This document shows positions 9,449 to 18,791 of a DNA stretch of 64,000 nt, in pieces (the first letter of the stretch is position 1; the number at the start of each line of letters is the position of its first letter). Location: contig CAVXPZ010000003.1 of assembly GCA_963763775.1 (NCBI GenBank), forward strand, positions 192,001-256,000, read 5' to 3'. This DNA comes from an uncultured Chloroflexia bacterium (GTDB taxonomy: Bacteria; Chloroflexota; Limnocylindria; Limnocylindrales; CSP1-4). A program made the position numbers and the translations under genes. Below the pieces are notes generated by a model, which saw only the letters and a program-made list of their open reading frames with translations, was not told the origin of the DNA and searched no databases.

Positions 9449-10188
9449 GCGATCCGCGCCACCCTGGACGCCGGATCCGGATCCTGCTCGTCGACGATCA
9501 CGCGATGGTCCGTCGCGGGATGCGCGACTTCCTCGCGCTGCACGATGACCTCGAGGTCGTCGGAGAGGCCGGCGACGGCCTCGCCGCGCTCGAGGCGACG
9601 ACCGAGCTCGCGCCCGACGTCGTGATCATGGACCTGCTCATGCCGGTCATGGACGGGATCGCCGCGACCGCCGAGATCAAGGCTCGGCACCCCGCCGTCG
9701 AGGTCATCGCGCTGACGAGCTTCATCGACGAGGACCGGGTCACGGCGGCGCTCGAAGCGGGGGCCAGCGGGTTCCTGCTCAAGGATGCCGAGGCGGACGA
9801 GCTCGCGACCGCGATCCGCGAGGCGATGGACGGCGAGGTGCATCTCGACCCGGCGGTGGCCGGGATCGTGGCGAGGGGCCTCCGTGATCGCTCGGGAGCC
9901 GGAGCGGGACCCTCCGGCCGCGGCGCCACGCGTGGTGCCGGGCCGGCCGCCGCGCGCCGCGGCGGGCCGGCCGGCCGCGCCAGCCTCGCGGTGCTCACGG
10001 GACGCGAGCGCGACGTCCTCGCGCTGGTCGCGCGCGGCCTGTCCAACAAGGCCATCGCCGACGAGCTCGGGATCACCGAGCGCACCGCGCGGACCCACGT
10101 GTCGAACATCCTGGCCAAGCTCGGGCTGGCGAGCCGGACGCAGGCCGCACTCTTCGCGGTCCAGCACGGTCTCGGTGCGCCTCGCTGA
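9445..10188 (+). CDS. NarL/LuxR-family response regulator (orphan)
   Basis: ILLVDDH, DVVIMDLLMP, GFLLKD; C-terminal LTGRERDVL...SNKAIADELGITERTARTHVSNILAKLG; ATGA overlap with the EamA gene. Confidence 0.93.
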   Translation: MSDPRHPGRRIRILLVDDHAMVRRGMRDFLALHDDLEVVGEAGDGLAALEATTELAPDVVIMDLLMPVMDGIAATAEIKARHPAVEVIALTSFIDEDRVTAALEAGASGFLLKDAEADELATAIREAMDGEVHLDPAVAGIVARGLRDRSGAGAGPSGRGATRGAGPAAARRGGPAGRASLAVLTGRERDVLALVARGLSNKAIADELGITERTARTHVSNILAKLGLASRTQAALFAVQHGLGAPR

Positions 10189-11008
10189 GGTGCGGACCTA
10201 CGACGTCGCCGGTCCCGCCGACGCCCCGGCCATCGTCTTCATCCACGGCACCCGGCTGACCCGGGCAGCCTGGTCGCCGCAGATGGCCGACCTGTCGCGC
10301 GAGTTCCGGACGATCGCCGTCGACCTGCCCGGGCACGGAGCGGCCGCTGACGAGCCCTTCACGCTCAGCGCCGCTGCCGACGCCGTCGCGCGCGCCATCG
10401 ACGCCGAGGCCCGCGGCCGCGCCATCGTCGTCGGGCTGTCGCTGGGCGGCTACGTCGCGATGGACCTGGCCGCTCGCTCGCCGGGACGGGTGCGCGCGCT
10501 CGTGCTGGCCGGCGCGAGTTTGGAGCCCACAGGGATCCGCGGTGTCGCCGGCCTTGGGCTCGCGGCCGTGCTGTCGTCGGTCGATGGGGCCGTGCTGGAT
10601 CGCCTCAACCGCTGGTTCTTCCGTCGTCGCTTCGAGCCCGCCATCGCGGACCCCATCCTGGCCGGTGGGTTCTGGTCCGCCGGCGGCGCCACCGCGCTCC
10701 GCGCCGTCGTCGGCGAGTCGTTCGCGCCGCGGCTGGCCGCCTATCCGGGACCGACGCTCCTGCTCAACGGCGAGTACGACCTGCCGTTCCGGCTCTGGAG
10801 CGCGCCGTTCGTCCGGGCGGCGCAGCACCCTCGGCGCATGCGTCTCGCCGGGGCGTCACACCTCTCGAACCTCGACCGGCCGGCCGCATTCGACGCGGCG
10901 ATCCGACGCTTCGTCGCGACGCTCGACGACGGGCCGCCGGGCACTGTGGGCGGTCCGGCCGGAGGCCCGCGGTATACTGCCCCGACCCTCCCAAACCCGC
11001 CCGACTGA
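10175..11008 (+). CDS. Alpha/beta fold hydrolase
   Basis: VFIHG, DLPGHG, nucleophile GLSLGG, GEYD, catalytic His in ASHLSN. Confidence 0.88.
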   Translation: MRLAEVRTYDVAGPADAPAIVFIHGTRLTRAAWSPQMADLSREFRTIAVDLPGHGAAADEPFTLSAAADAVARAIDAEARGRAIVVGLSLGGYVAMDLAARSPGRVRALVLAGASLEPTGIRGVAGLGLAAVLSSVDGAVLDRLNRWFFRRRFEPAIADPILAGGFWSAGGATALRAVVGESFAPRLAAYPGPTLLLNGEYDLPFRLWSAPFVRAAQHPRRMRLAGASHLSNLDRPAAFDAAIRRFVATLDDGPPGTVGGPAGGPRYTAPTLPNPPD

Positions 11009-11014
11009 GGTTCG

Positions 11015-11893
11015 ATGCGCGTTCGCAAGGCTGTCTTCCCCGCCGCCGGCTGGGGCACCCGTTTCCTGCCCGCCACCAAGGCGCAGCCGAAGGAGATGCT
11101 GCCGCTGGTGGACAAGCCGATCATCCAGTACGCCGTCGAGGAGGCGGTCGCCGCGGGGATCGAGCAGGTCATCATCGTCACCTCCAGCCAGAAGCGCGCG
11201 ATCGAGGACCACTTCGACCTCTCCTACGAGCTCGAGCACCTGCTCGAGGAGAAGGGCGACATCGAGATGCTTCGCAAGGTCCGGCAGATCAGCGACCTCG
11301 TCCAGATCGCCTATGTCCGCCAGAAGGAGCAGCTGGGACTCGGACACGCGGTGCTGATGGCCAAGGACCTCATCGGCCACGAGCCATTCGCCGTGATCCT
11401 CCCCGACGACGTGGTCATCGGCGACCGGCCATGCATCGGCCAGCTCATCCACGCCTACACGCAGACGCACGCCTCGGTCGTGGCGGTCATGGAAGTCCCG
11501 CCCGAAGAGACCAGCCGATACGGCGTCATCGGGTCCGAGCCGACGGTCGACCCGCTCGACCACGGCCGCCTCCACCGCGTGACCAGCCTCGTCGAGAAGC
11601 CGGCCGCTGCCGACGCGCCGTCCAACCTCGCGATCATCGGGCGCTATGTGCTGACGCCGAAGATCTTCGACAAGCTCGAGCAGACGCAGCGAGGCGCCGG
11701 TGGCGAGATCCAGCTGACGGACGCCATCAGCGACCTCATGCAGGAACAGGCGGTGTTCGCCTACGAGTTCGAGGGGGCCCGCTACGACGCGGGCACGACC
11801 ATGGGGTGGCTCAAGGCCTCGGTCGAGCTGGCGCTCCAGCGGCCGGACCTCGGGGACGAGTTCCGCACGTATCTGGCCGGCCTCGAGCTGTGA
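11015..11893 (+). CDS. galU: UTP--glucose-1-phosphate uridylyltransferase
   Basis: KAVFPAAGWGTRFLPATKAQPKEMLPLVDKP, QKEQLGLGHAV, LVEKP, GEIQLTDAI. Confidence 0.97.
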   Translation: MRVRKAVFPAAGWGTRFLPATKAQPKEMLPLVDKPIIQYAVEEAVAAGIEQVIIVTSSQKRAIEDHFDLSYELEHLLEEKGDIEMLRKVRQISDLVQIAYVRQKEQLGLGHAVLMAKDLIGHEPFAVILPDDVVIGDRPCIGQLIHAYTQTHASVVAVMEVPPEETSRYGVIGSEPTVDPLDHGRLHRVTSLVEKPAAADAPSNLAIIGRYVLTPKIFDKLEQTQRGAGGEIQLTDAISDLMQEQAVFAYEFEGARYDAGTTMGWLKASVELALQRPDLGDEFRTYLAGLEL

Positions 11894-11965
11894 CCCGGGT
11901 GCGCTACGGTACGATGCGGCGCGAGACGACCCGGGCCTCCTAGCCCGGACCAGACGAGGGGACAC

Positions 11966-13753
11966 GTGGCGGAGATCGGGGCGACCCTCGGCGGTCGGTA
12001 TCGACTGGTCGAACTCATCGGGCAGGGCGGGATGGCGACCATCTTCCGCGCCACCGACACGCAGCTCGGCCGCGACGTGGCCGTCAAGCTGCTCCGCTCG
12101 GAGTACCTCCAGGACCCCGACTTCTCGTCGCGGTTCCGGCAGGAGGCCCAGGCGGCCGCCTCCCTGTCGCACGCGAACATCGTCACGGTCTTCGACTACG
12201 GCGAGGATCCCTCCGGCCCGTACATCGTCATGGAGTTCGTCGACGGCGAGGACCTCGCGACGATCGTCCGGCGCACTGGCGCCTTGCCGCCGCGGCAGGT
12301 CACCCGGATCGGGGCCGCCGTCGCCCGGGCGCTCGCCGCAGCCCACGCCCGGGGCATCGTCCATCGCGACGTCAAGCCCGGGAACGTGCTCATCAGCCGC
12401 GACGGGCAGGTCAAGGTCGCGGACTTCGGGATCGCCCGCGCGATGGCGGACGCCCAGCTGACCCTTCCCGGGGTCACGATGGGATCGGTCCACTACCTCA
12501 GCCCGGAGCAGGCACGCGGCGAGCCGGCCACGGCCGCCTCCGACATCTACTCGCTCGGGATCGTGCTCTACGAGATGCTCACCGGCACGCGCCCATGGGA
12601 GGGCGACAGCGCGGCCGCGGTCGGGATGGCGCGCCTCTCGGGGCCGGCCCCGGATCCGATGGCCGTTCGAGCCTCCGTCCCGCCCGACCTGGCCGCGGTC
12701 ACGCGGAAGGCGATGGCGCCGGTGCCGGGCGACCGGTTCGTGTCCGCCAACGCGATGGCGGATGCGCTCGACAACATCGCAAGCACGAGCGCCGCGGCGG
12801 CGGCGGGCACGGTCGGGGTGGCCGGAGTGGCCGCGGCCGGTGCGGCGGGGGCGACGGCCGGCTCAGGCACGTCGGGCGGAGCCAGTGCGGCGGGCGTCGC
12901 CGGAGCCGCGGCCCTCGGAGCCGCCGGCGCCACGGTCGCGATGAGCGGCACGGCCCGCGGAAATCCGAATGCCGTGCCCTATCCACCCGATGCCTACGCC
13001 GACGCCGACGGCGCGTCGCCACCGCCCCCCGGGACGCCCCTGCCGCCTGACGACGACAGCGGCACCAGCCCGGCGGTCTGGATCGCCGGCATCGCCGCGG
13101 TCGGCCTCCTCATCGCGATCGCCTTCCTGGTCTTCCAGCTCGCCGGCGGCGGTCGCGACGCGGGTCCATCGCCCTCGCCCTCGGCGTCGGCGATCACGCT
13201 GCCGGACTTCGTCGGCAAGACCGTGACCGACGCCCAACGCGCGGCGACGGCACTCGGGATCAACCTCGTCACGACCGGCACGCCGTCGGACCAGCCGGTC
13301 GGCACGATCCTGACGCAGGACCCGCCCGCGGGCTCGATCGTCGAGCCCGGCGGCACGGTGAACATCACGGTGGCGACCGGCCCGGACACGGTCCCGGTCC
13401 CGAACATCCGGACCTTGCCCGAATCCGACGCCCTCCAGGCCGTCGTCGGTGCGGGCCTGACCGTGGGGGCGCGGAGCGAAGCCTTCGACCCGGTCATCGC
13501 GATCGGGTCGGTGGTGGCGCAGAGCCCCACGCCGGGCCAGGTCGTGGTGACGGGGACCCCGGTGGACTACGTGGTCTCGAAGGGGCCGGAGCCGACGGCC
13601 AGCCCGACGCCAACGCCCACGCCGACCCCCACGCCGACACCGACACCCACGCCCACGCCCACGCCGACCCCCACGCCCACGCCGACCCCCACGCCCACGC
13701 CGACCCCCACGCCGGTGGAGACGCCAACGCCGACGCCCCCGCCCGCGCCGTAA
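11966..13753 (+). CDS. Hanks-type Ser/Thr kinase, TM, two PASTA domains (PknB/Stk1-like)
   Basis: IGQGGMATIF, VAVK, HRDVKPGN, DFGIARA, YLSPEQARG; TM helix; PASTA repeats LPDFVGKT and VPNIRTLP; (PT)n tail. Confidence 0.93.
   Translation: MAEIGATLGGRYRLVELIGQGGMATIFRATDTQLGRDVAVKLLRSEYLQDPDFSSRFRQEAQAAASLSHANIVTVFDYGEDPSGPYIVMEFVDGEDLATIVRRTGALPPRQVTRIGAAVARALAAAHARGIVHRDVKPGNVLISRDGQVKVADFGIARAMADAQLTLPGVTMGSVHYLSPEQARGEPATAASDIYSLGIVLYEMLTGTRPWEGDSAAAVGMARLSGPAPDPMAVRASVPPDLAAVTRKAMAPVPGDRFVSANAMADALDNIASTSAAAAAGTVGVAGVAAAGAAGATAGSGTSGGASAAGVAGAAALGAAGATVAMSGTARGNPNAVPYPPDAYADADGASPPPPGTPLPPDDDSGTSPAVWIAGIAAVGLLIAIAFLVFQLAGGGRDAGPSPSPSASAITLPDFVGKTVTDAQRAATALGINLVTTGTPSDQPVGTILTQDPPAGSIVEPGGTVNITVATGPDTVPVPNIRTLPESDALQAVVGAGLTVGARSEAFDPVIAIGSVVAQSPTPGQVVVTGTPVDYVVSKGPEPTASPTPTPTPTPTPTPTPTPTPTPTPTPTPTPTPTPTPTPVETPTPTPPPAP
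13604..13736 (+). repeat. Pro-Thr hexanucleotide coding repeat (CCNACN)n
   Basis: About 20 PT units with synonymous variation at the kinase C-terminus. Confidence 0.9.
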
Positions 13754-13826
13754 CCCATAGCCCGGCGAGTCAGGGACGGATCCGGCCCGGGAGGATACGC
13801 GTCGGTCGGAGCACGACCGACGCCGG

Positions 13827-14273
13827 TCAGTCCTCCCAGAGGCTCCAGCGCGGCGCCGGTGCGTCGGGCACGGGGACGGTGATCTCGGTCGGGGGAACCG
13901 CATGGGCGGATGACGGGAGCTGGCTCCCGGTCCCGACCTCGACGAACGTTCGCTTCGGCGGGCTCACCGCGAGCGACGACGTCGCCGTTGCGGGACGCCA
14001 CTCGGCGGACCCGGCCGCGGCCGTCGGATCCGGTGACGAGGCCGCGATGATCGAGAGCGAGGACGGCATGGACCCGGCCTCCCAGCACGGCCGGATCTCG
14101 TCGCCGATGAGCGGCAGTCGATGGGCGTCCAGGCCGCAGAAGCCGATCTTCGCCGCCACGGAGCGACGGTAATGCCGACAGGTCAGACAGGCGGTGCTGG
14201 AACGGTGGCAGACCCAGCAACGAGCCGTCTCGGCCTGTGGTGTCCCGCAGTGGGGGCAGCGCCACATCGGCAT
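13827..14273 (-). CDS. Cys-rich (8 Cys) hypothetical zinc-ribbon-like protein
   Basis: MPMWRCPHC...RCWVC...ACLTCRHY...FCGL...PCWE; TACCAT 6 nt upstream of ATG 14273. In the ORF track it is the tail of 13827..15956 because of an upstream frameshift. Confidence 0.75.
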   Translation of the reverse strand: MPMWRCPHCGTPQAETARCWVCHRSSTACLTCRHYRRSVAAKIGFCGLDAHRLPLIGDEIRPCWEAGSMPSSLSIIAASSPDPTAAAGSAEWRPATATSSLAVSPPKRTFVEVGTGSQLPSSAHAVPPTEITVPVPDAPAPRWSLWED

Positions 14274-14362
14274 GCGCGGATGGTAGCTGCGACTCGGGTC
14301 CGCTGTCGACCCGTCCGCGCACGACCGGAGCGATCCTCCGGGAACAGCCGTTCGAGCCGGGG

Positions 14363-15569
14363 CTACTTCGTGATCGTGATGACCGTGAAGTCCTGCGTCG
14401 ACCCGAAGCTGTCGGTCGAGGCCAGGCATGTCGCGTTGCCCTGGCCCGTGTCCACGCCGGCCTTCGGGACCGTGGTCTGGAACGAGACGCGGCCGCTCCC
14501 ACTGGTCTTGCCCGGGGCCGTGATGGTCGAGATCCCCGGGATGCTGAGCGTGAACGTCACGGCGGCGCCCTTGATGGGATTCCCGTCGGGATCCGTCACC
14601 GTGCACGAGAGGGTGACGCGCTCCGGCAGGGACTTGCGCGAGATCCGATAGTCGGACGCCGAGATCGAGACGGTCAGCTTCCCGGTCCCGCGCCGGATCG
14701 TCATCTCCGTCTCCGCCTCGTTGCCGGCCGGGTCGGTGGCGGTGATCGAGGATGTGGTTCGTGCCCGTCGTGAGCGCCAGGCTGAGCACGAACGTGCCGT
14801 CCGCCGCGGCGGTCCCGGTGATCGAGGCGTTGTTGTCGCTGTTGTGCGCGATGAGCGTCGACCGACCCTGGACCTTGCCCTTGATGTCGACCTTCTTGCC
14901 GTTCACCTTCGCGCCGTTCTTGGGCGATGTCACGGTGATCTTCGGCTTGCCGGTGTCCAGCACGTAGCGCACGACCGGCGACGAGTCCGATTCGCCACCC
15001 GGCCCGACGATCGTGACCGAGACGTCGTTGATGCCCTTCTCGAGGTCGATCGGGATGATGGTCCGTGCCGAGTTGGCGGCGATCGGCACGTCCGAGAGCG
15101 GCGCCTTCGCCTGGTCCTTGAGCGCGAGGTAGACCCGGATCTGGTGGTCGGTGGACCCGATGAGCTCGGCCGGGACCGTCACGACGAGGTCGACCTTGGA
15201 CTGGTTCGTATACGGCTCGTCGGGCGCCAGCAGGAGCGGTGCGTCGCTCTTGACCGGCACCGACGGGATGGGGGTGGGGGTCGCTGTCACGCCCTTGACG
15301 AAGCCGCTGACCTGCGATCCCAGACCGCCGGCCACGGTCCGCAGCCCGCCGACGGCGAGGTACAGGACGCCGGCACCCAGTGCGAGGATGGCGAAGGTGA
15401 GAGCCAGTTTGCCGAGGAGCGGGATGCCGCGGCCACGCTCCATCGGCCGATGGGACGCGACCCGTCCGGGCGGCGGCGCCTTCGGCCGGGTCTTGGCGGG
15501 GGCGGGACGACCGTCCGAGGGTGGTCGAGGTCGGACGTGGGTGGGCCGCGCGCCGCGCCGGGTCGTCAT
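14363..15569 (-). CDS. Membrane-anchored protein with bacterial Ig-like domains (frameshift near 14750)
   Basis: Basic N-terminus + TM; LDTGKPKITVTSPKNG and GTNHI/ITATDPAGN Ig-like motifs continue into ORF 14363..14704 after a 1-nt shift. Confidence 0.78.
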
Positions 15570-15703
15570 CGCCCGCGATTGTCGCACGGGACGCCGACGA
15601 GCGACGCGTGCCGCGTCCGCGCGTCGGTGCGTTGCGGTGGGATGTACTCTGGCGCGGTCAGCGCGCGTGCCGCCGGGTGCACGCGCCCGCACCGAGGGAT
15701 GGA

Positions 15704-16114
15704 GTGCAGGCACGCGATCCACGATCCGGACGGCCCGGCGCGACGCCCGGACGTCAGGGGAATGCCACGGGGCGACCCGCGTTCGGCGTCGGACCGATCG
15801 CCCGCGTGACCCCGTCCCCGCTGGCTGGTCGCGAACAGGCCACCGGACAGCTGACCGCGCCGCCTCGTCCCGGGTTCGGGCTCCCGAACCTGCGGCGGAA
15901 CGTCTGTCCGCACTTCTACATGACCGGGGCCCGCGGCGCGATCCCGATCCAGGCACCGCACCTCCTCAAGGCCCTGATCCGACAGGACGCGAATGTCAGC
16001 CGCTGCCAGCTCCGCGGCGGCGTGCACCTGGACCAGGGGTACGTCAACGACGTCTGCCTCACCCCGCGCTTCAACCAGTGCGTCTTCTACGAGGACGAGC
16101 TGACGCGGGAGTGA
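15704..16114 (+). CDS. Small 4-Cys hypothetical protein upstream of the fol genes
   Basis: CPHFY...RCQL...DVCLT...QCVFY with good codon bias; start GTG 15704 (GAGGG upstream) or GTG 15806. Confidence 0.7.
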   Translation: MQARDPRSGRPGATPGRQGNATGRPAFGVGPIARVTPSPLAGREQATGQLTAPPRPGFGLPNLRRNVCPHFYMTGARGAIPIQAPHLLKALIRQDANVSRCQLRGGVHLDQGYVNDVCLTPRFNQCVFYEDELTRE

Positions 16115-16157
16115 CCGCCCGTCCACTCGTGCGACGCCGGCCCCTGGACGACCGACG

Positions 16158-17492
16158 ATGACCGCGCTGACCTACGACGACGCCCTGCTCGCGCTGGCCG
16201 ACCGAGGGCGGTTCGGCATCCGTCTTGGCCTCGGCCGGACGCGGGCGCTCCTCCGGGAACTCGGCGACCCGCAACTCGGCATCCGCGGAGCCCTGGTCGG
16301 GGGGACCAACGGCAAGGGCAGCGTCCTCGCGCTCGCCGGCAGCGCCCTCCGAGCCGCGGGCTACCGGATCGGCGAGACGCCCAAGCCGCATCTCGTGACC
16401 TACCGCGAGCGGATCATGGTCGACGGCCGCCCGATCGACGCCGCGAGCTTCGCCGCGCACGTGGCGACGATCCTGCCGATCGCCGACCGGGTGGCCCGCC
16501 GCCTGGGCGACCCGACCGAGTTCGAGCTGCTGACCGCGATCGTCTTCGCCCATTTCGCCACCGCCCGCATCGACCTGGCGCTCGTCGAGGTGGGCCTCGG
16601 GGGACGACTCGACGCGACGCACGCCTGGGACGGCGGTGTCGTGGGGATCACGAACGTCGACCTCGACCACATGGACCGTCTCGGCCCGACGATCCGGCAC
16701 ATCGCCCGCGAGAAGGCCGCCATCATCGACCGTGGTGACCTCGCGGTGACCGGCACGTCGGGCGAGGCGCTCGCGATCGTGACGCGTCGGGCGCGGCGGA
16801 TGGGCGTCCCGCTCCGCGCGGTCGAAGCCGCCCCGCTGCTCGGCTGGGACCGCGACGGCATCGACGTCGAGCTGCCCGGCCTCGGCCGGACACGCGTCGG
16901 GCTCCGCGGCCGGCACCAGGCCGCCAATGTCGCCGTGGCCGACGCGCTGCTGGACGCGATCGACGAGGCCGGGATCGCCAGGGTCGATGCCGACGCGCGG
17001 CGTCGCGGGTACGCCGACGCCGTCTGGCCCGGGCGCCTGGAACTCGTCGAGACGTCCGGCCGCGAGGTGCTGCTCGACGGCGCCCACAATCCGGCCGGGG
17101 CCGCGGCGCTCGCCACGGCCATCGACGACCTCCGGCCGTTCCTCGCGGATGGACCGATCACGCTGGTCACCGCGTCGATGGCGGACAAGGATGTCGACGG
17201 GGTGATCGCGGCACTCGCCGGGGCGGCCGCGATCGCGGGGGCCCGGATCATCTGCACGACGCTCGACCTCCCGCGGGCCATGCCCGCGACCGACCTGGCC
17301 GACCGCTGGCGAGCCATCGGCGGGCAAGCCGCGACATGGGCGTCGCCCGACCCGACGACGGCCCTCGACGAGGCCCTCGGCCGGGGTACCGGACCGATCG
17401 TGGTGGCCGGTTCGCTCTATCTTGTCGGGGCGGTCCGGGCGCGCCTCGTGGACGACCCCGACCTGCGTGACCCGGAGCCCGCCGAGCGATGA
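16158..17492 (+). CDS. folC: Folylpolyglutamate synthase/dihydrofolate synthase
   Basis: GGTNGKGS P-loop, TEFELLTA, EVGLGGRLDAT, LDH, WPGRLE, LDGAHN, AGSLYLVG. Confidence 0.95.
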   Translation: MTALTYDDALLALADRGRFGIRLGLGRTRALLRELGDPQLGIRGALVGGTNGKGSVLALAGSALRAAGYRIGETPKPHLVTYRERIMVDGRPIDAASFAAHVATILPIADRVARRLGDPTEFELLTAIVFAHFATARIDLALVEVGLGGRLDATHAWDGGVVGITNVDLDHMDRLGPTIRHIAREKAAIIDRGDLAVTGTSGEALAIVTRRARRMGVPLRAVEAAPLLGWDRDGIDVELPGLGRTRVGLRGRHQAANVAVADALLDAIDEAGIARVDADARRRGYADAVWPGRLELVETSGREVLLDGAHNPAGAAALATAIDDLRPFLADGPITLVTASMADKDVDGVIAALAGAAAIAGARIICTTLDLPRAMPATDLADRWRAIGGQAATWASPDPTTALDEALGRGTGPIVVAGSLYLVGAVRARLVDDPDLRDPEPAER

Positions 17493-18364
17493 CCCCGCCG
17501 CCGATGACGAACCTCGTCACGCCGCCGTCCAGGATCGGGCCGGCGACCTTCGCCTGGGGCTCTCGGACCTTCGTGATGGGGATCCTCAACGTCACCCCGG
17601 ATTCCTTCTCGGGCGACGGGTTGCTGGCGACGGGCGCCGACGACCCGGTCGCCGCGGCCGTGGCCGCCGCCCGGCAGATGGTGGCCGAGGGCGCGGACAT
17701 CCTCGACATCGGCGGCGAGTCCACGCGGCCAGGACACGCCCCCCTCGACGCGGGCGAGGAGCGGGACCGGGTCGTGCCGGTCGTGGCGGCGATCCGGGCC
17801 GCGCTCCCGGCGACGCCCATCAGCATCGACACGACGAAGCCCGCCGTGGCCGAGGCCGCCATCGACGCCGGCGCGGACCTGGTCAACGACGTCTGGGGCG
17901 TCGGCGAGGACGACGCGCTCGTCCGGCTGGCGGCGACCCGCCGGATCCCCCTGGTCGTGATGCACAACCGGCGCGAGCCCGTGTATGGCGACGTGGTCGC
18001 CGAGGTGGTCGCGGACCTCCGGGTCGCGCTGGCACGCGCGGTCCGGCTCGGCGTGCCGTCGGCCGGGCTCATCGTCGATCCGGGGATCGGCTTCGGGAAG
18101 ACCGCCGAGCAGAACCTCGCGGTCCTGCGGGACCTCGCCGCCCTCCGCTCCCTCGGGCGGCCCGTCCTGCTGGGCACCTCGCGCAAGTCGACGCTCGGCA
18201 AGGTGCTCGACCTGCCGGCCGATCAGCGGCTGGAGGCGACCATCGCCACCACCGCGATCGGCGTGGCGTTCGGCGCGGACCTGGTCCGAGTCCACGATGT
18301 GCGGGCCAATGTTCGCGCCGCGCGCATGAGCGATGCCATCATCCGGGGGACATGGCACGGATGA
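17489..18364 (+). CDS. folP: Dihydropteroate synthase
   Basis: MGILNVTPDSFSGDG, DIGGESTRPG, SIDT, DPGIGFGK, GTSRKS, VRVHDV. Confidence 0.97.
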   Translation: MTPPPMTNLVTPPSRIGPATFAWGSRTFVMGILNVTPDSFSGDGLLATGADDPVAAAVAAARQMVAEGADILDIGGESTRPGHAPLDAGEERDRVVPVVAAIRAALPATPISIDTTKPAVAEAAIDAGADLVNDVWGVGEDDALVRLAATRRIPLVVMHNRREPVYGDVVAEVVADLRVALARAVRLGVPSAGLIVDPGIGFGKTAEQNLAVLRDLAALRSLGRPVLLGTSRKSTLGKVLDLPADQRLEATIATTAIGVAFGADLVRVHDVRANVRAARMSDAIIRGTWHG

Positions 18365-18729
18365 CGGACCGGATCGTCCTCACGAATCTGCAGTTCGACG
18401 CGGCCCACGGGTACCACGACTGGGAGCGCGCACGGCCGCAACGGTTCGAGGTGGACGTCGAGCTCGAGTCGGACCTCCGGCCGGCTGGCACGACCGACGA
18501 CCTGACCCGCACCGTCGATTACGCCGGCGTCTACGGGGCGGTGGCCGAGATCGTCACGACGCGCACGTTCCTGCTGCTCGAGGGCATCGCCGAGGCGATC
18601 GCGACCCGGCTGCTCGACGACGAGCGGGCCGTGGCGGCGGTCGTCGTCCGGGTACGCAAACCCGACGTCATCCTTGGCGGTCCGCTCGACCACGCCTCGG
18701 TCGAGATCCGCCGCACGCGCCCCGGATAA
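18361..18729 (+). CDS. folB: Dihydroneopterin aldolase
   Basis: MTDRIVLTNLQFDAAHG...ERARPQRFEVDVEL...TVDYA...LLEGIAE...VRKP; ATGA overlap with folP. Confidence 0.93.
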   Translation: MTDRIVLTNLQFDAAHGYHDWERARPQRFEVDVELESDLRPAGTTDDLTRTVDYAGVYGAVAEIVTTRTFLLLEGIAEAIATRLLDDERAVAAVVVRVRKPDVILGGPLDHASVEIRRTRPG

Positions 18730-18732
18730 GGG

Positions 18733-18767
18733 CGACGCCGGCGGGCCCGAAGGCGCCGCCGGCGTCG
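18733..18767. terminator. GC-rich hairpin between convergent folB and htrA
   Basis: Perfect 12-bp inverted repeat CGACGCCGGCGG (18733-18744) / CCGCCGGCGTCG (18756-18767), extended by GCC-CGAA-GGC. Confidence 0.6.
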
Positions 18768-18791
18768 ATCGCGAGGGGTGGGGGTTCTGGT

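Noticed and set aside
7406-11008. Long N-terminal extensions on the EamA, response regulator and hydrolase ORFs
   Set aside because: Stop-poor GC-rich frames. The extensions are Arg/Pro/Gly-rich shadows of upstream genes, and true starts are marked by -10 boxes or overlaps.
13604-13736. Periodic repeat resembling a CRISPR or VNTR array
   Set aside because: In-frame Pro-Thr codons with synonymous variation; no spacers and no cas genes.
15570-16157. THF or ZMP riboswitch ahead of the folate genes
   Set aside because: No recognisable conserved core; the region mostly encodes the 4-Cys protein.
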